Positions 18,093 through 29,115 of a DNA stretch of 64,000 bases are shown here, in pieces (positions within the stretch are counted from its first letter, which is position 1; each line of letters opens with the position of its first letter). Origin of the DNA: Thermoanaerobaculia bacterium (GTDB lineage Bacteria; Acidobacteriota; Thermoanaerobaculia; Gp7-AA8); contig JAXDGL010000008.1 of the NCBI GenBank assembly GCA_034665065.1, positions 319,412-383,411 of the forward strand. Direction: 5' to 3'. The notes below the pieces were generated by a model. That model searched no databases, had not been told where the DNA came from, and saw only the letters and a list, made by a program, of their open reading frames with translations. The translations under genes were made by a program, and so were the position numbers.

Positions 18093-19871
18093 ATGGCGAA
18101 AAACACCTCTGACTTCCTGATCGAACGTCTCAACGCCTGGGGCGTCAAGCGCGTTTATGGCTATCCCGGCGATGGCATCAACGGCATCCTCGGCGCGCTT
18201 GATCGCGCGGATGGCGCTATCGACTTCGTCCAGGTGCGGCATGAAGAGATGGCGGCGTTCATGGCTTGCGCGCACGCCAAGTTCACCGGGGAAGTGGGCG
18301 TCTGCATCGCCACGTCGGGGCCGGGCGCGATTCATCTGCTCAATGGTTTGTACGATGCCAAGCTCGATCATCAGCCGGTCGTGGCGATCGTCGGGCAATC
18401 GTCGCGGCTGGCGATGGGTGGGAGCTATCAGCAGGAAGTCGATCTGCAAACGCTCTTCAAAGATGTGGCGAGCGAGTATTGCCAGACTGCGATGGCGCCC
18501 GGCGCGGTGCGGCACCTCGTCGATCGCGCCATCCGCATCGCGCTGGCCGAGCGCTCCGTCACCTGCATCATCATTCCCAACGACGTGCAGGAAGAGCCGT
18601 GGGAGGATCCGCCGCACGAGCATTCCACGATTCACTCCGGCGTTGGTTACTCGAGTCCGCGCATCATTCCGGCTAACGAAGACCTGCACCGCGCCGCCGA
18701 TGTTTTGAACGCCGGCAGCAAGGTGGCGATGCTCATCGGCGCCGGGACCTTTCGCGCGATGGACGAAGTGATCGAAGTCGCCGATCTTCTCGGCTGCGGC
18801 GTCGCCAAAGCGCTCCTCGGCAAGGCCGCACTCCCCGATGATCTCCCATTCGTCACCGGATCCATCGGCCTCCTCGGCACGAAGCCGAGTTGGACGATGA
18901 TGTCGGGCTGCGACACGCTGCTGATGGTCGGGTCGAGTTTTCCGTATCCCGAATTCTTGCCCGAGGATGGGAAGGCGCGCGCGGTGCAGATCGACATCGA
19001 CGGACGGCAGCTCTCGATTCGCTATCCGATGGAGGTCAACCTCATCGGCGACAGCAAAGAAACGTTGCGCGCACTCATCCCGCTTCTGCAGCGAAAGAGC
19101 GATCGTAGTTGGCGACAAATGCTTGAAGATGCCATTCGCGAATGGTGGGAAGTGATGGACGCGCGCGCGATGGACGACGCCGTGAATGGCATCAACCCGC
19201 GGCGCGTGTTTCACGAGCTGTCGCGGCGGCTGCCTGACAACTGCATCCTCTCCGCCGACTCCGGCACCACCGCGAGCTGGTACGCGCAACATCTTCGCTT
19301 CCGCCGCGGCATGATGGGATCGCTCTCCGGCAATCTTGCCACGATGGGACCCGGCGTGCCGTACGCGATCGCCGCAAAGTTCGCGTTTCCGGAGCGCGTG
19401 GCCATCGCCTGCTGCGGCGACGGCGCGATGCAGATGAACGGGCTGGCCGAGTTGCTCACGGTGGCGAAGTATTGGAAGGAGTGGTCGAATCCGCGGCTCG
19501 TCGTCTGTGTCCTCAACAACCACGACCTCAACATGGTGACGTGGGAAGAACGCGTACTTGCCGGAGATAAGAAGTTCGAAGCGTCGCAGAACGTGCCGGA
19601 ATTCAACTACGCGAAGTTCGCCGAGTCGATCGGATTGCGCGGCGTTCGTGTCGAAGATCCGGAGCGTGTTGGCGCAGCGTGGGACGAGGCGCTGTCCGCG
19701 GACCGGCCTTGCATCCTCGATTTCCGCACCGATCCGGACATTCCTCCGCTGCCGCCGCACATCACGTTCGAGCAGGCGAAGAATTTTGCATCAGCAGTTC
19801 TTCATGACCCCAGCCGCAGCGCGATCATTCGCAATGCGATGAAGCAGTTGATGGATTCGTTCAGTAGTTAG
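18093..19871 (+). CDS. poxB: pyruvate oxidase / pyruvate dehydrogenase (quinone)-like TPP enzyme
   Basis: Strong collinear similarity to E. coli PoxB from memory (N-terminal GVKRVYGYPGDGINGI, GPGAIHLLNGLYDA; TPP-binding GDGAMQMNG; C-terminal EQAKNF). The ORF track's upstream extension (17943) is not supported. Confidence 0.85.
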   Translation: MAKNTSDFLIERLNAWGVKRVYGYPGDGINGILGALDRADGAIDFVQVRHEEMAAFMACAHAKFTGEVGVCIATSGPGAIHLLNGLYDAKLDHQPVVAIVGQSSRLAMGGSYQQEVDLQTLFKDVASEYCQTAMAPGAVRHLVDRAIRIALAERSVTCIIIPNDVQEEPWEDPPHEHSTIHSGVGYSSPRIIPANEDLHRAADVLNAGSKVAMLIGAGTFRAMDEVIEVADLLGCGVAKALLGKAALPDDLPFVTGSIGLLGTKPSWTMMSGCDTLLMVGSSFPYPEFLPEDGKARAVQIDIDGRQLSIRYPMEVNLIGDSKETLRALIPLLQRKSDRSWRQMLEDAIREWWEVMDARAMDDAVNGINPRRVFHELSRRLPDNCILSADSGTTASWYAQHLRFRRGMMGSLSGNLATMGPGVPYAIAAKFAFPERVAIACCGDGAMQMNGLAELLTVAKYWKEWSNPRLVVCVLNNHDLNMVTWEERVLAGDKKFEASQNVPEFNYAKFAESIGLRGVRVEDPERVGAAWDEALSADRPCILDFRTDPDIPPLPPHITFEQAKNFASAVLHDPSRSAIIRNAMKQLMDSFSS

Positions 19872-19925
19872 TTGTAGTCTTTCAGTAAATACGTCGATGA
19901 ACTGCGGGTACCGCGGAAGAATCCG

Positions 19926-21701
19926 ATGATGACAACTGATCTGGCCGTTGCGCTTCGAAAAGACGGGTACAAAGCTGCATGGTTCGCCATCGCCATCCTC
20001 GCCGCGCTTCCGTTGCGTGCACAGACTCCGCCGACGGATGTTCTCCTCGATCAGATCGCGGGACTGGTCGACCGCGGCAAGGTCAATGTGCAGGTCGATC
20101 TGCAGGCCGGGCGCGCCGCGATCACTCCTGAATGGACGCTTGAAGTCGCCGGAACGCCGCAGGCCAGCCTCGCCATCGAAGCGGATCAGGGGCGGGTACG
20201 GCGCGTCGACATCGCGGTGACCGGCGGCGAGTTGCTGATCGAGGGCAGAGGTCTGCGGCCTCAACTTTCAATCGAAGGCTTTCGCTTCGAAGAGGGAAAA
20301 GGAATCACGGAGGCACGTTTTCGCGGCCGAGGGATATGGAGGCCGGTCATTGGGCTTTTCCGGACACTGGCTGGACCGGCGCTGCGCCATCTGGAGATCC
20401 CTACCGACATCAAATCGATTCTTCGCGGCGATCTCTTCACGTCGAAGAAAAGCTCGAGCGGAAGCACCGACTCATTTCTCGGGCTTGTCCGCGAGGTGCA
20501 CATCAACAACACAGAGTTCGTGGCATTCGCCGGCTATCCGCTCGGCATCGGAGAGACGATCGATTTGCGAACGGCTGCGCATCCCAGCTCGGGAACGGCG
20601 CTCCGTGCGGCGATCGACAAGGCGACGTTCCGCCCCGCGCGCGATGGACAACCGGCCCAATTCGAAGCCGATGGCCGCATCGACGGCGAGATCGAGAATG
20701 GCTCGGTAGCCTTCGTCGGCAGCCGCTGCACGTTCTCGCACGGTGAGCTGAAGGAAGGCGCATTCCATGCGTCATCGAGCAAGGACGGCAAGCCGGAAAC
20801 ATCCTTTTCCGCCACCGCTCTCACTCTCGATCTCACCTCGGGAGAATTCCGGTGGCCGGGCGGACCGAAGATCGGCGTGGACGCGCCGTCGCACTTCGCC
20901 GTTCGATCGCTTCACGTGCGTCCCGATGGACGCTACTCCGGTATCGTCGACGCCGCGTTGTTCGGAAAGGTCGGAGCCATCGAGCGCGCGGGAACGATCG
21001 TGTCCGCAAGGGACATCGAGTTGCGCACGCACGGAGCGACGATCGCCGACGGGAAAGCGACCGGCGACGTGACGGTTGCCTTCCAGTACCGCCTCGACCA
21101 CAAGCTCGTCGTCCGTTACCCGGTCCAGGAATTAGGCGAACGGCAGGTACCGCTGGAGCTTCAAGGATCCTTCGCCGCTGATTTCCATTTCAAGGATGCA
21201 GGAGGCGATGAAGGGGAAGTCACCGGTGCCTATCAGTTCACGATGCCGTGGGCGCCGGTCGAGAAGGCTGCGTTCGAAGTGCTGCGCGCGCGATGGCGGA
21301 AAGACATCGCGCCGGCTATTCGCGAAGTCGACTTCGTGATCGAGCCGAAGCGTTTCGGTCCCTGCGGGCGCGATTGCTTCCTTCTCGATGTCGTGCTGAC
21401 CGCCGAAAAGCCAAAGAAGAAAGGGTTTCTTTTTCAGCAGATCTGCAACGCGGAAGGGAAAGCAGCGCTGGTGGTCGACACGCCAAGCCGCAGTCTGCGC
21501 CTGAGCAATCTTCAGGTCGAGCCGCGATGCGAGGGCGTCTTCGGCATGTTGGTCGATTTTGCCGCGCCGTTTCTGATGAAGAGCTACAGCGACGTAACGC
21601 TCCTGCAGATGCCCGCCGATCTCCCCTTCACCATCGAGTCCGTCGGCACGGGCACAGACTCGATCTCCATCGGCGGAAAAATCGCGTTTGCGATGAAGTA
21701 G
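19926..21701 (+). CDS. secreted hypothetical protein
   Basis: 591 aa. Signal peptide AWFAIAILAALPLRAQ. No recognisable catalytic motifs. Confidence 0.55.
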   Translation: MMTTDLAVALRKDGYKAAWFAIAILAALPLRAQTPPTDVLLDQIAGLVDRGKVNVQVDLQAGRAAITPEWTLEVAGTPQASLAIEADQGRVRRVDIAVTGGELLIEGRGLRPQLSIEGFRFEEGKGITEARFRGRGIWRPVIGLFRTLAGPALRHLEIPTDIKSILRGDLFTSKKSSSGSTDSFLGLVREVHINNTEFVAFAGYPLGIGETIDLRTAAHPSSGTALRAAIDKATFRPARDGQPAQFEADGRIDGEIENGSVAFVGSRCTFSHGELKEGAFHASSSKDGKPETSFSATALTLDLTSGEFRWPGGPKIGVDAPSHFAVRSLHVRPDGRYSGIVDAALFGKVGAIERAGTIVSARDIELRTHGATIADGKATGDVTVAFQYRLDHKLVVRYPVQELGERQVPLELQGSFAADFHFKDAGGDEGEVTGAYQFTMPWAPVEKAAFEVLRARWRKDIAPAIREVDFVIEPKRFGPCGRDCFLLDVVLTAEKPKKKGFLFQQICNAEGKAALVVDTPSRSLRLSNLQVEPRCEGVFGMLVDFAAPFLMKSYSDVTLLQMPADLPFTIESVGTGTDSISIGGKIAFAMK

Positions 21702-21850
21702 GTCCTCGTTGGCGGATACTGCGTGTGGGACGTACCGAATCGCGGATCGCCCGACACGATCGATGCGCTTGACCGCTGCACGTTCGTCTGCCGCTGGGAG
21801 TTAAGCGGAGTGCCGCTCCATCTCGGACGCCATCCGAGTTTTCTTCGCGT

Positions 21851-21880
21851 CCTCCGCGTCTCCGCGTGAAACGGTTTTGA
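21851..21880. repeat. family C repeat (CCTCCGCGTCTCCGCGTGAAACGGTTTTG)
   Basis: Same ~30-mer recurs at 27131-27183 (as a full palindrome) and 36238-36270. Confidence 0.7.
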
Positions 21881-21893
21881 CTCTCTCGAAACG

Positions 21894-24797
21894 TCACGGC
21901 GGCCCGAACAGATCCTCCGGGATCTCAACGCGCGGCAGCTCTACGGAAACGCGCAGCGGGAGCGCGATGGGTGGCTCGACCTTCAGGCCGAGCGCCGAGA
22001 CAGACGGCGTCTGAATCTCTCGCTTGACTGCGATTCGCGGCTCGGTGCCGATCCGGATGGCGCTGCTCATCTGCAAGGGCACGAGGGTGGCGCGCGACAG
22101 CGCATGGAACGCGTCGTCGAGCGCGCGTCGTTGCGAGGACGGCATCGCGCCGAACGCAGCGACCGGCATCGGATGCGGCGACGTCGTGTGTACGATGCGT
22201 AAGTCTTTCGCATGATCGGCGAGCAATGGGTTTGATTCAGAAACGAGCGCGGCGTCCGTCCGGCCGTAGAGCGCGTTCGCGAGCGCGGTGAGATCGTCGG
22301 CGACGCGATTCGTTACGGTGACGCCGTCATCGCCGAGGGAGTCGACGGCGCTGATCATCTTGCCGCGAAGGTCGGGAAGAGATTTGGCAATGCTGCGGAC
22401 AGGAACGACGACGACGCGGCGGTAGGTCGTCCGGCCATCGCGGCTGAGGGTGTAGCGCGGCGTGAATCCACCATAGAGAAACTCCGGATTGGCGATCACG
22501 ACACCGACACTCTCGCTGTTCGCTTTGATGAACGCCCGCGCATCGTCGGCGCGGCGGAAGAGCTCCGTCTTCAGCGGGAGGGACGAGGCCGCGGCCAAGC
22601 TGTTGACGATCGCTGTGGCCCCCTCGGCGAGCTTCTTCTCGTTCTCCGCCGGTGAGTCGGGAAGGAACACGACGACTGTGAGCCGCTGCTGCGGCGCGCT
22701 CGCGTCAATCGGCAGGGATGACTCCTCGACTGGCTGCGCCGCCTCCAGATTCTTTTTCGCCATCGCTGCGAGTGGAGCGGGAAGATCGCCTGCGATTGCG
22801 CGCGTCAGCGCATCGCGCGCGGGAGCCTCCGAACCTGCGACGAGATCGGCGGTGCCGCGCAGAAACAGTGCGATCGATCGCTGTCGATCGCCCGTGGCGT
22901 TGATGCGATCGGCGATTTGCCGCGCGCGTCGCGCGGCCGCTTCGTCCTGCCGTGCGACTGCTTGATCGAGATCGGCCGCCGCCTGCGACAGAAGCGCGAT
23001 CGTCAGCGATTGACGGGCGCGGGCGCAGACGTCGGCCGCCGGGCCCAGAACGAGCTCGAGTGACGGACCGCGAGAGTTTCCCCACCCCGATGGCCTATCG
23101 CAACGGATCGCCGACAGCAAATCCGCTGTATCGTCATATCGCTTGTCCGCCATTGCCACTTCGCCTGCTGCGAGCGCAACTTCGTTCCAGTCAGCAAATG
23201 CCTTGTGCGCGGCCGCAAGGTGCGGTGACGCTTCAGGATTTCGTCCCACTTGCCACAGCAGGATGCCTGCATCGCCACGCGCAACCGGCGACGCACTCTG
23301 CGCGAGCGTTCGCGCCGCAGTCTCACGTTTCCCATCCAGCGCCTCGAGAACGGCGGTAACGTCCGGACTCGTGGCGTGCAGCGCGCGAAGCGTCGATGCA
23401 TTCGGATTCTGACGAGCATTGATGATCGCCAGCTCGTTGCGCAGCACTTCGCGTCTCGGTTCGCGCGCCAGAAGCGATTCGATCGCGGCGCGCTCTCCGG
23501 CGAGATCGTTGGCGTCGCGTGCAACCAGCGCGCGCTCGAGGGTCACGACCTTATTTGAAGGCGCCGCCGCTTGCGCGCGATCGAGGAGCGATTTCGCGTC
23601 GTCGAGGCGTTTGTCATGTCGCGCCATCCGGCCGAGGAGGAGCAGCGATTCGGCGTCGTTGGCGTCGAGTTTCAGAGCGTCTTCGAGTGACGCACGAGCT
23701 CCCGATTGATCGCCGCGCGCGAGCTGCGCACGTCCGAGGATCCGCAGCGCGGCGCGCTTCGAATCGGCGTCGAAATGCGGCATCCCGTCGTGCAACCACT
23801 TGATCGCCTCGTCGTGTCTCGCAGCGCGAAACGAAATCGTCCCGAGGTGCAGATAGGCCAGCGGCAGCGTCGCGTCGCTGGCGAGCGCTTTCTTGTACTC
23901 CTCCTGCGCGCGATCGTTCTTCCCTGTGGTGAAGAAAAGAAAACCGAGGTTGTAGTGCGCGGCGGTGGTGTTCTCGAGGCCGGCGGATTTCTGATAGGCG
24001 TCGATGGCCTCGTTCCACTTGCTCTGTTTGAGATAAATCGCGCCGAGGTTCGCGTAGGCGCGGGCGTGGATGGCCTCGACCGGTTGATGCTTCGCGAAGG
24101 CCTGATCGATCGGAGCCAGCGCCATGTGATAGGCGTCGAGCGCTTCGTCGTAGCGGCCGGCCTCGAACAGAACGGCGCCGAGGTTGTAGTAAGCGCGCAG
24201 CATCTTCTTGTCGAGATCGAGGGCTTTTCGGAACGCGGCGATGGCCTCGTCGTTTCGGGAGAGCGCGACGAGCAGATTGCCGCGGCTGAACTGGTATCTG
24301 GCGTCGTCGGGTGCGAGTTGCGTCGCCTGGTTGATCGCGGCGAGCGCATCGTCGTTGCGATTCAACGAGCGGAGAATCGTGGAGCGCAGGGCATGCGACG
24401 CGGCGTCGCGCGGGCTCTTCTCGATCGCCGAGTCCACGTACTTCAGCGCGTCTGCATGTTTGCCGAGCTGCTGTGCGGCCGCGGCTGCGTTCGAAAAAAG
24501 CGCGCGGTCGGACGCACCGTTGGCGATTCCGTGAAGGAACACTTCGTACGCCTCGGTCGTCTTTCCACGCTCGAAATAGATCGCGCCGAGGTTCATGTAG
24601 GCCGACGACAAGGACGGCGCGACCTCGATGACGCGCCAGTAGGCCGCGATGGCGTCATCGAAGCGCTTGGCGTCGCGCGCGCGATCGGCGTCTTCCATCA
24701 GACTGCGCGCGACTTCGGGCATTTCCTGCGCGCGCGCTGCCGGTGCGAGCATCGCAATCGCGATCAAAGCCGTGGCGAGGATGCGGTTCAGCATCAC
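21894..24797 (-). CDS. large TPR-repeat protein (secreted)
   Basis: 967 aa. Signal peptide. More than 10 TPR-like units (AYxNLGxxYxxxGxxxEAxxxYxxAL). Confidence 0.85.
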   Translation of the reverse strand: MMLNRILATALIAIAMLAPAARAQEMPEVARSLMEDADRARDAKRFDDAIAAYWRVIEVAPSLSSAYMNLGAIYFERGKTTEAYEVFLHGIANGASDRALFSNAAAAAQQLGKHADALKYVDSAIEKSPRDAASHALRSTILRSLNRNDDALAAINQATQLAPDDARYQFSRGNLLVALSRNDEAIAAFRKALDLDKKMLRAYYNLGAVLFEAGRYDEALDAYHMALAPIDQAFAKHQPVEAIHARAYANLGAIYLKQSKWNEAIDAYQKSAGLENTTAAHYNLGFLFFTTGKNDRAQEEYKKALASDATLPLAYLHLGTISFRAARHDEAIKWLHDGMPHFDADSKRAALRILGRAQLARGDQSGARASLEDALKLDANDAESLLLLGRMARHDKRLDDAKSLLDRAQAAAPSNKVVTLERALVARDANDLAGERAAIESLLAREPRREVLRNELAIINARQNPNASTLRALHATSPDVTAVLEALDGKRETAARTLAQSASPVARGDAGILLWQVGRNPEASPHLAAAHKAFADWNEVALAAGEVAMADKRYDDTADLLSAIRCDRPSGWGNSRGPSLELVLGPAADVCARARQSLTIALLSQAAADLDQAVARQDEAAARRARQIADRINATGDRQRSIALFLRGTADLVAGSEAPARDALTRAIAGDLPAPLAAMAKKNLEAAQPVEESSLPIDASAPQQRLTVVVFLPDSPAENEKKLAEGATAIVNSLAAASSLPLKTELFRRADDARAFIKANSESVGVVIANPEFLYGGFTPRYTLSRDGRTTYRRVVVVPVRSIAKSLPDLRGKMISAVDSLGDDGVTVTNRVADDLTALANALYGRTDAALVSESNPLLADHAKDLRIVHTTSPHPMPVAAFGAMPSSQRRALDDAFHALSRATLVPLQMSSAIRIGTEPRIAVKREIQTPSVSALGLKVEPPIALPLRVSVELPRVEIPEDLFGPP

Positions 24798-25489
24798 ACT
24801 CCGGCCATCGACGCGGCGATCGACTGAAAAATGCCAAGCCCGTCGCTGTTGCCGAGCAGCGCCTCGGCGCAGCGTTCCGGATGCGGCATCATCCCCAGCA
24901 CGTTGCGGCCCTCGTTGCAGATGCCTGCGATGTTCCGCGACGATCCGTTCGGATTCGCTTCACGCGTGAGGCGTCCCTCGGCGTCGCAATAGCGAAAGAT
25001 CACCTGACGATTGCGTTCGAGCGCATCGAGCGTGGCGTTATCCGCGAAGTAGTTCCCTTCGCCGTGCGCGATCGGCATGCGCAGGATTGCGCCGCGCTCG
25101 AGCTCGCAGGTGAACGGAGTGTCGGTCTCTTCGACGCGCAAAAAAACTTCGCGTCCGAGAAAGCGGAGATGCTCGTTGCGCATCAACGCTCCCGGCAGCA
25201 GTCCCGCCTCGGTGAGCACCTGAAATCCGTTGCAGATGCCGAACACGAGACCGCCACGATCGGCGTGCGCGCGAATCGGCTCCATCACCGGCGCGAACTT
25301 CGCCAGCGCGCCGGCGCGAAGGTAATCGCCGTACGCGAAGCCACCGGGAACGATCACGCAGTCGGCGCCGCGAAGGCCGGTCTCCTTGTGCCAGAGCACG
25401 TCGACGTCCGCGCCGAGGAGGTCGCGCGTGACATGAACCGCATCGTGATCGCAGTTCGAGCCGGGCAGGAGGACGACGCCGAATTTCAT
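24794..25489 (-). CDS. purQ: phosphoribosylformylglycinamidine synthase subunit PurQ (glutaminase)
   Basis: [16 protein letters not shown]…GICNGFQVL…MPHPER class-I glutamine amidotransferase triad context. Confidence 0.9.
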   Translation of the reverse strand: MKFGVVLLPGSNCDHDAVHVTRDLLGADVDVLWHKETGLRGADCVIVPGGFAYGDYLRAGALAKFAPVMEPIRAHADRGGLVFGICNGFQVLTEAGLLPGALMRNEHLRFLGREVFLRVEETDTPFTCELERGAILRMPIAHGEGNYFADNATLDALERNRQVIFRYCDAEGRLTREANPNGSSRNIAGICNEGRNVLGMMPHPERCAEALLGNSDGLGIFQSIAASMAGV

Positions 25490-25556
25490 GCAGCGTTGAT
25501 TCTATGCGGAGGGTGATGACGTGTCATGCGCGGCGGGGAGGACGGGTGCGCAGTTC

Positions 25557-25748
25557 CCTGTCATCCTGAGCCGCCGATGTCCCGGCAGGGGCTGAGGACG
25601 GTCGAAGGACCCCTTCTTCGTGCCATGATTCTTTCCGCCGCCGCCCCTTCAACCAATTAGGGGGTCCTTCGACCGTCCTTCGCCGCCGGGCACGTACGGC
25701 GCGAGAGCAAAGAGTTGAGCGGGCGGCTTCGGCGGCTCAGGATGACAG
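25557..25748. repeat. MITE-like palindromic element, family B copy 1
   Basis: Termini CTGTCATCCTGAGC … GCTCAGGATGACAG. Inner arms GGTCGAAGGACCCC / GGGGGTCCTTCGACC. Second copy at 33621-33804. Confidence 0.8.
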
Positions 25749-25783
25749 CATCGGTGGGCGGCGCGGCGGAAAGTCCTGAGTAC

Positions 25784-26860
25784 TTACTTCGCTACTGCCG
25801 CGCGCGGCGCTTTATAAATCGTCAGGAATCCGGCGCGGTCGGTGACGATCACCGTGTTGCTCTTGCGGTCGTAGGCCATGGCGTAAGCAGCAACGCCGTA
25901 GAGCGAGGCGGGAGTCACGCGGCGGTTGCCGCCGGCAAAACCGCCATTCGCGGCGCAACGGCGCTCGGCGAAGAGGAGCAGGTCGGATGACGCGAGTGCG
26001 GCGATCTGCGCGCCGCTGCCTTCGGGGAGGCAGATCGAGTCGCTGCTGGTGAGATCGCCGAAGTCGATGGCCATGCGCATCTGACCGTTGGTTCCCGCGG
26101 CCATCTGCTTCACCGGCTTCCCGACGCTGATCGCTTTCTCGAACAGCGATCCGCGGCTGAGCGCGACCAGCGCCTGGTCATTCGCGGCGAAGAGCGCTTC
26201 CTCGATCGTCTTATCGGTTTGCAGCGGCTCGCGCGCAAGCTCGGCGAACGTTGTCGTGTCGTAAAGCGCGACCGAGGTTGCCTTCGTGTTGCCGAAGTCC
26301 TCGGTCGCGACGACGGCGAGCAACGAACCGTTCGCGCTCGCGGCGATCGCCATCGGATCGTCGAGGTTGATCGTGTGCAGCTCTTTTTCACCCTCGGCGT
26401 CGTAGACATGAACGTGGCGGCCGAGCGTGTAGAGATACCGTCCCTTCGGATCGGGAAGCGCGTCGCGGATTGGTTCTCCCTCGGTCGTGATCTCGCGGCG
26501 CACGGCGAGATCGGGAAGCGAGAGGATCGTCGTGCTCTCGTCGCTGCCGTTGGCGATGTAGAGGCGCGTGCCGGCGGCGTTGATGCGCATCGTTACCAGC
26601 TCTTTGGTCGAGGCGATGTCAACGGAGTCGAGCACGAGTCGCTGTTTGACGGCGCCCGTTTTCGGATCGATGGCCACGACTGCCTGCGGTTTGGCCACGC
26701 CGGCGTAGATCGTGCCGTCGTTGCCCACCGCGACGCCGTGCGGATCGCCGGGAAGCTCCCAGCGCTTGACGATTTTCTGGTCGCGCGTGACGACGGACGT
26801 GAGCGGTTGCGCGGCGAGAGGAATCGCCAGCGCGAGAAGCAGCGCGACGCTACTCGTCAA
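25784..26860 (-). CDS. YVTN/NHL-type beta-propeller protein (secreted)
   Basis: Repeated …GVAVGNDGTIYAG… / …RLYIANGSDES… beta-propeller blades. Signal peptide VALLLALAIPLAAQ. The start (TTG/GTG) abuts purS, so the exact start is uncertain. Confidence 0.65.
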   Translation of the reverse strand: MTSSVALLLALAIPLAAQPLTSVVTRDQKIVKRWELPGDPHGVAVGNDGTIYAGVAKPQAVVAIDPKTGAVKQRLVLDSVDIASTKELVTMRINAAGTRLYIANGSDESTTILSLPDLAVRREITTEGEPIRDALPDPKGRYLYTLGRHVHVYDAEGEKELHTINLDDPMAIAASANGSLLAVVATEDFGNTKATSVALYDTTTFAELAREPLQTDKTIEEALFAANDQALVALSRGSLFEKAISVGKPVKQMAAGTNGQMRMAIDFGDLTSSDSICLPEGSGAQIAALASSDLLLFAERRCAANGGFAGGNRRVTPASLYGVAAYAMAYDRKSNTVIVTDRAGFLTIYKAPRAAVAK

Positions 26861-27098
26861 TCGTGTACGAAAAATTCTCGATGACGGTGTTGGCGAGCAG
26901 CCGCTCGCACATCTGGCGAAGCTGGCGTTCGATTTCTTCGCGAGGCTGACCACTGTCTGCAAGCGTGACCCGAAACAGCTTGCCGGCGCGCACATCTTCC
27001 ACCCCTGCGAATCCAAGCGTGCTCAGCGAATGCTGGATCGCCTTTCCCTGCGGGTCGAGGACGGATGGCTTGAGCTCGACGATGACGGTGGCTTTCAT
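26850..27098 (-). CDS. purS: phosphoribosylformylglycinamidine synthase subunit PurS
   Basis: 82 aa. MKATVIVELKPSVLDPQGKAIQHSL…RVGKLF PurS signature. Confidence 0.85.
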   Translation of the reverse strand: MKATVIVELKPSVLDPQGKAIQHSLSTLGFAGVEDVRAGKLFRVTLADSGQPREEIERQLRQMCERLLANTVIENFSYTIDE

Positions 27099-27130
27099 GT
27101 GGTGATGATATCTCTCACAAAAGAGGAACG

Positions 27131-27183
27131 GTCACGCGGAGACGCGGAGACGCGGAGGGAAGTGCTCCGCGTCTCCGCGTGAA
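27131..27183. terminator. family C perfect palindrome
   Basis: TCACGCGGAGACGCGGAGACGCGGAGggaagtgCTCCGCGTCTCCGCGTGA between convergent/divergent genes. Confidence 0.6.
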
Positions 27184-27256
27184 AGCCTTTGCGGTTGTGT
27201 TAACCAACGAACACCCACACCGTATTAGCTCCCGAGTTTTCAATTCGGAGGGTTCC

Positions 27257-27763
27257 ATGAACGAAGTATTCATTCTGATTCCAATCGTCATCTCCATCGG
27301 CTTCTTTGCGATGGTGGCATTCATCGTTTGGGCCGCGACGAGCGCGAAGAACCGGCGCGCGGCGCTCCAGGCAGATGTCCAGACGCGTCTCATCGATAGG
27401 TTCAGCAACGCGCCGGAGTTCGTCGATTTTCTCAACTCGGATACAGGCAAGCAGTTCCTGACCGGCGTCGACAAGATGCCGCAACTGATGGCGCGCGACC
27501 GCATCATCGGCGGCGTTTCCCGCGGCGTGATCATCATGCTCCTCGGCGCGGCCTTCATCGCCATCTGGATCGCCGACAGCAACATCGACTTCATGTACCC
27601 CGGCTTCATCCTCATGGGACTCGGCATCGGGTTCTTCATCTCGACGCTGGTCTCGCTCAAAATGTCGCAGAGATTCGGACTGATCGGCGACGATACGCCG
27701 ACGCCGCGCGAGATCGTGAACCAAAGGCTCGACCGCCGTGATGCGACGGAAACGCAGGCGTGA
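27257..27763 (+). CDS. membrane protein (hypothetical)
   Basis: GGAG RBS. Predicted TM segments (IPIVISIGFFAMVAFIVWAA; IIMLLGAAFIAIWIA; FILMGLGIGFFISTLVSL). First gene of a sigma/anti-sigma operon. Confidence 0.6.
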   Translation: MNEVFILIPIVISIGFFAMVAFIVWAATSAKNRRAALQADVQTRLIDRFSNAPEFVDFLNSDTGKQFLTGVDKMPQLMARDRIIGGVSRGVIIMLLGAAFIAIWIADSNIDFMYPGFILMGLGIGFFISTLVSLKMSQRFGLIGDDTPTPREIVNQRLDRRDATETQA

Positions 27764-27848
27764 GGCGGACGTGTTCGTGGAAAATGCCCTGACCTCGCCG
27801 TTCGGAGCCTCCGTGCAAACGGCGGCTCCGCAACGGCCTCAACGACCG

Positions 27849-28346
27849 ATGGACGAACCAGCATTCGAGGCCTTCTATCGCAAGACGGCCGGAGGTATCT
27901 GGTCGTACATCTATCGGATGACGGGCGACGCGGCGATGGCGGACGATCTGCTGCAGAAAACGTTCTTCAAGTTCATCCGCAGCAATCCGGGGATCACGGA
28001 TGAGGATCACCTTCGCCGCTACGTCTACAGGACTGCGACGAATCTCGTCTTCGATCATTTCCGCGAGACGAAGCGGGAACGGACGCGCGCGCTCGATTGG
28101 ATTCCTGCCGAGGCGCGGCCGGATCGGAGCGATTTGCGGAATGACATGGCGCGCGTCTTCGCCGATCTGAAGCCGCAGGAGCGCGCGCTGTTGTGGCTGG
28201 CGCATGTGGAAGGAAATTCGCACGAGGAGATCGCCGAAGCGATCGGCGTAAAATCGAAGAGTATTAAGGTGATGCTTTTTCGTGCACGAAAACGGCTCGG
28301 CGAGATGTTGACGAAGAAAGGTCTGGCACCGGAGGTGACGCGATGA
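27849..28346 (+). CDS. ECF (sigma-70 family) RNA polymerase sigma factor
   Basis: Region 2 (DLLQKTFFKFIR…YVYRTATNLVFD) and region 4 (LKPQERALLWLAHVEGNSHEEIAEAIGVKSKSIKVMLFRARKRL). Confidence 0.85.
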   Translation: MDEPAFEAFYRKTAGGIWSYIYRMTGDAAMADDLLQKTFFKFIRSNPGITDEDHLRRYVYRTATNLVFDHFRETKRERTRALDWIPAEARPDRSDLRNDMARVFADLKPQERALLWLAHVEGNSHEEIAEAIGVKSKSIKVMLFRARKRLGEMLTKKGLAPEVTR

Positions 28347-28828
28347 CGGCGGAATGCGCATTCGAAGCGAACGTCCTCGACGCGGTCGCAAACGGTTCGT
28401 GGACGGAATCACTGCGCGCGCACGTCGCGTCGTGCGATGACTGCGCGGCGGCGGCCACGGTGGGTCCATGGTTGACGCAATTCGCGGGAATCGACGAGCG
28501 CGAGCACATTCTTCCCGATCCCGCAGTGTTGTGGCTGAAAGCGAAGTTGCTTCGTACCAGCTCGGCGGTCGAGCGGGCGTCGCTGCCGATCACGCGGCTT
28601 CAGATCGCGGCGTATCTGATCATCGCCGCCGGCTGGGCCGCGATCCTGACGTGGAAATCGAGCGCGCTTCAGGCCTGGATCGACCACCTCTCCCCCGGCC
28701 ACATGATCCTCGGCGCGACCGGTGCGCAAGCGAGCGCGTCGATCTCGATCAGCGTGCTCATCGCCGTCATCGCCCTGGCGTCAGCGACCGTCGGTGTGGC
28801 CATGCACACGATTCTGGCGGAGGAGTGA
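28343..28828 (+). CDS. anti-sigma factor (zinc-finger, membrane-anchored)
   Basis: 4-bp overlap with the sigma gene. HVASCDDC (HxxxCxxC zinc anti-sigma motif). A TM segment follows (IAAYLIIAAGWAAILTW). Confidence 0.7.
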   Translation: MTAECAFEANVLDAVANGSWTESLRAHVASCDDCAAAATVGPWLTQFAGIDEREHILPDPAVLWLKAKLLRTSSAVERASLPITRLQIAAYLIIAAGWAAILTWKSSALQAWIDHLSPGHMILGATGAQASASISISVLIAVIALASATVGVAMHTILAEE

Positions 28829-28872
28829 ACGTGAATCGTGAGACGCGAGCAACGCTGACTCCTCGCGCGTTT

Positions 28873-29082
28873 GTCATTCCGAAACGGCGAAACCGCGGGG
28901 GCGGACAGGGCGGTGGGAGCGGTGGAGCACGGAGAGGAATCCCCTGACGCTGGCCATGGCTTCGCTTCGTAGGCGGGGGATTTCTCATCGTGCTCCGCCG
29001 CTCACACCCGCCCTCCCACCCCCGCGGTTCCGCCGATTCGAAATGACAGCCGTGTTTGATCGGCCCTTTCGAAATGACAGGC
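28873..29082. repeat. MITE-like palindromic element, family A copy 3
   Basis: GTCATTCCGAAACGGCGAAACCGCGGGGG … CCCCCGCGGTTCCGCCGATTCGAAATGACAGC (+ second TTTCGAAATGACAGG tail). Inner GAGGAATCCCCT / GGGGGATTTCTC. Confidence 0.8.
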
Positions 29083-29115
29083 GGTGGCTGATCCACATAG
29101 AGGCGACGCTGCCCG

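Noticed and set aside
17517-19760. 747-aa minus-strand ORF
   Set aside because: Antisense to the PoxB-like gene, which has clear TPP-enzyme homology. Arg-rich.
23706-24827. 373-aa plus-strand ORF
   Set aside because: Antisense to the TPR protein gene.
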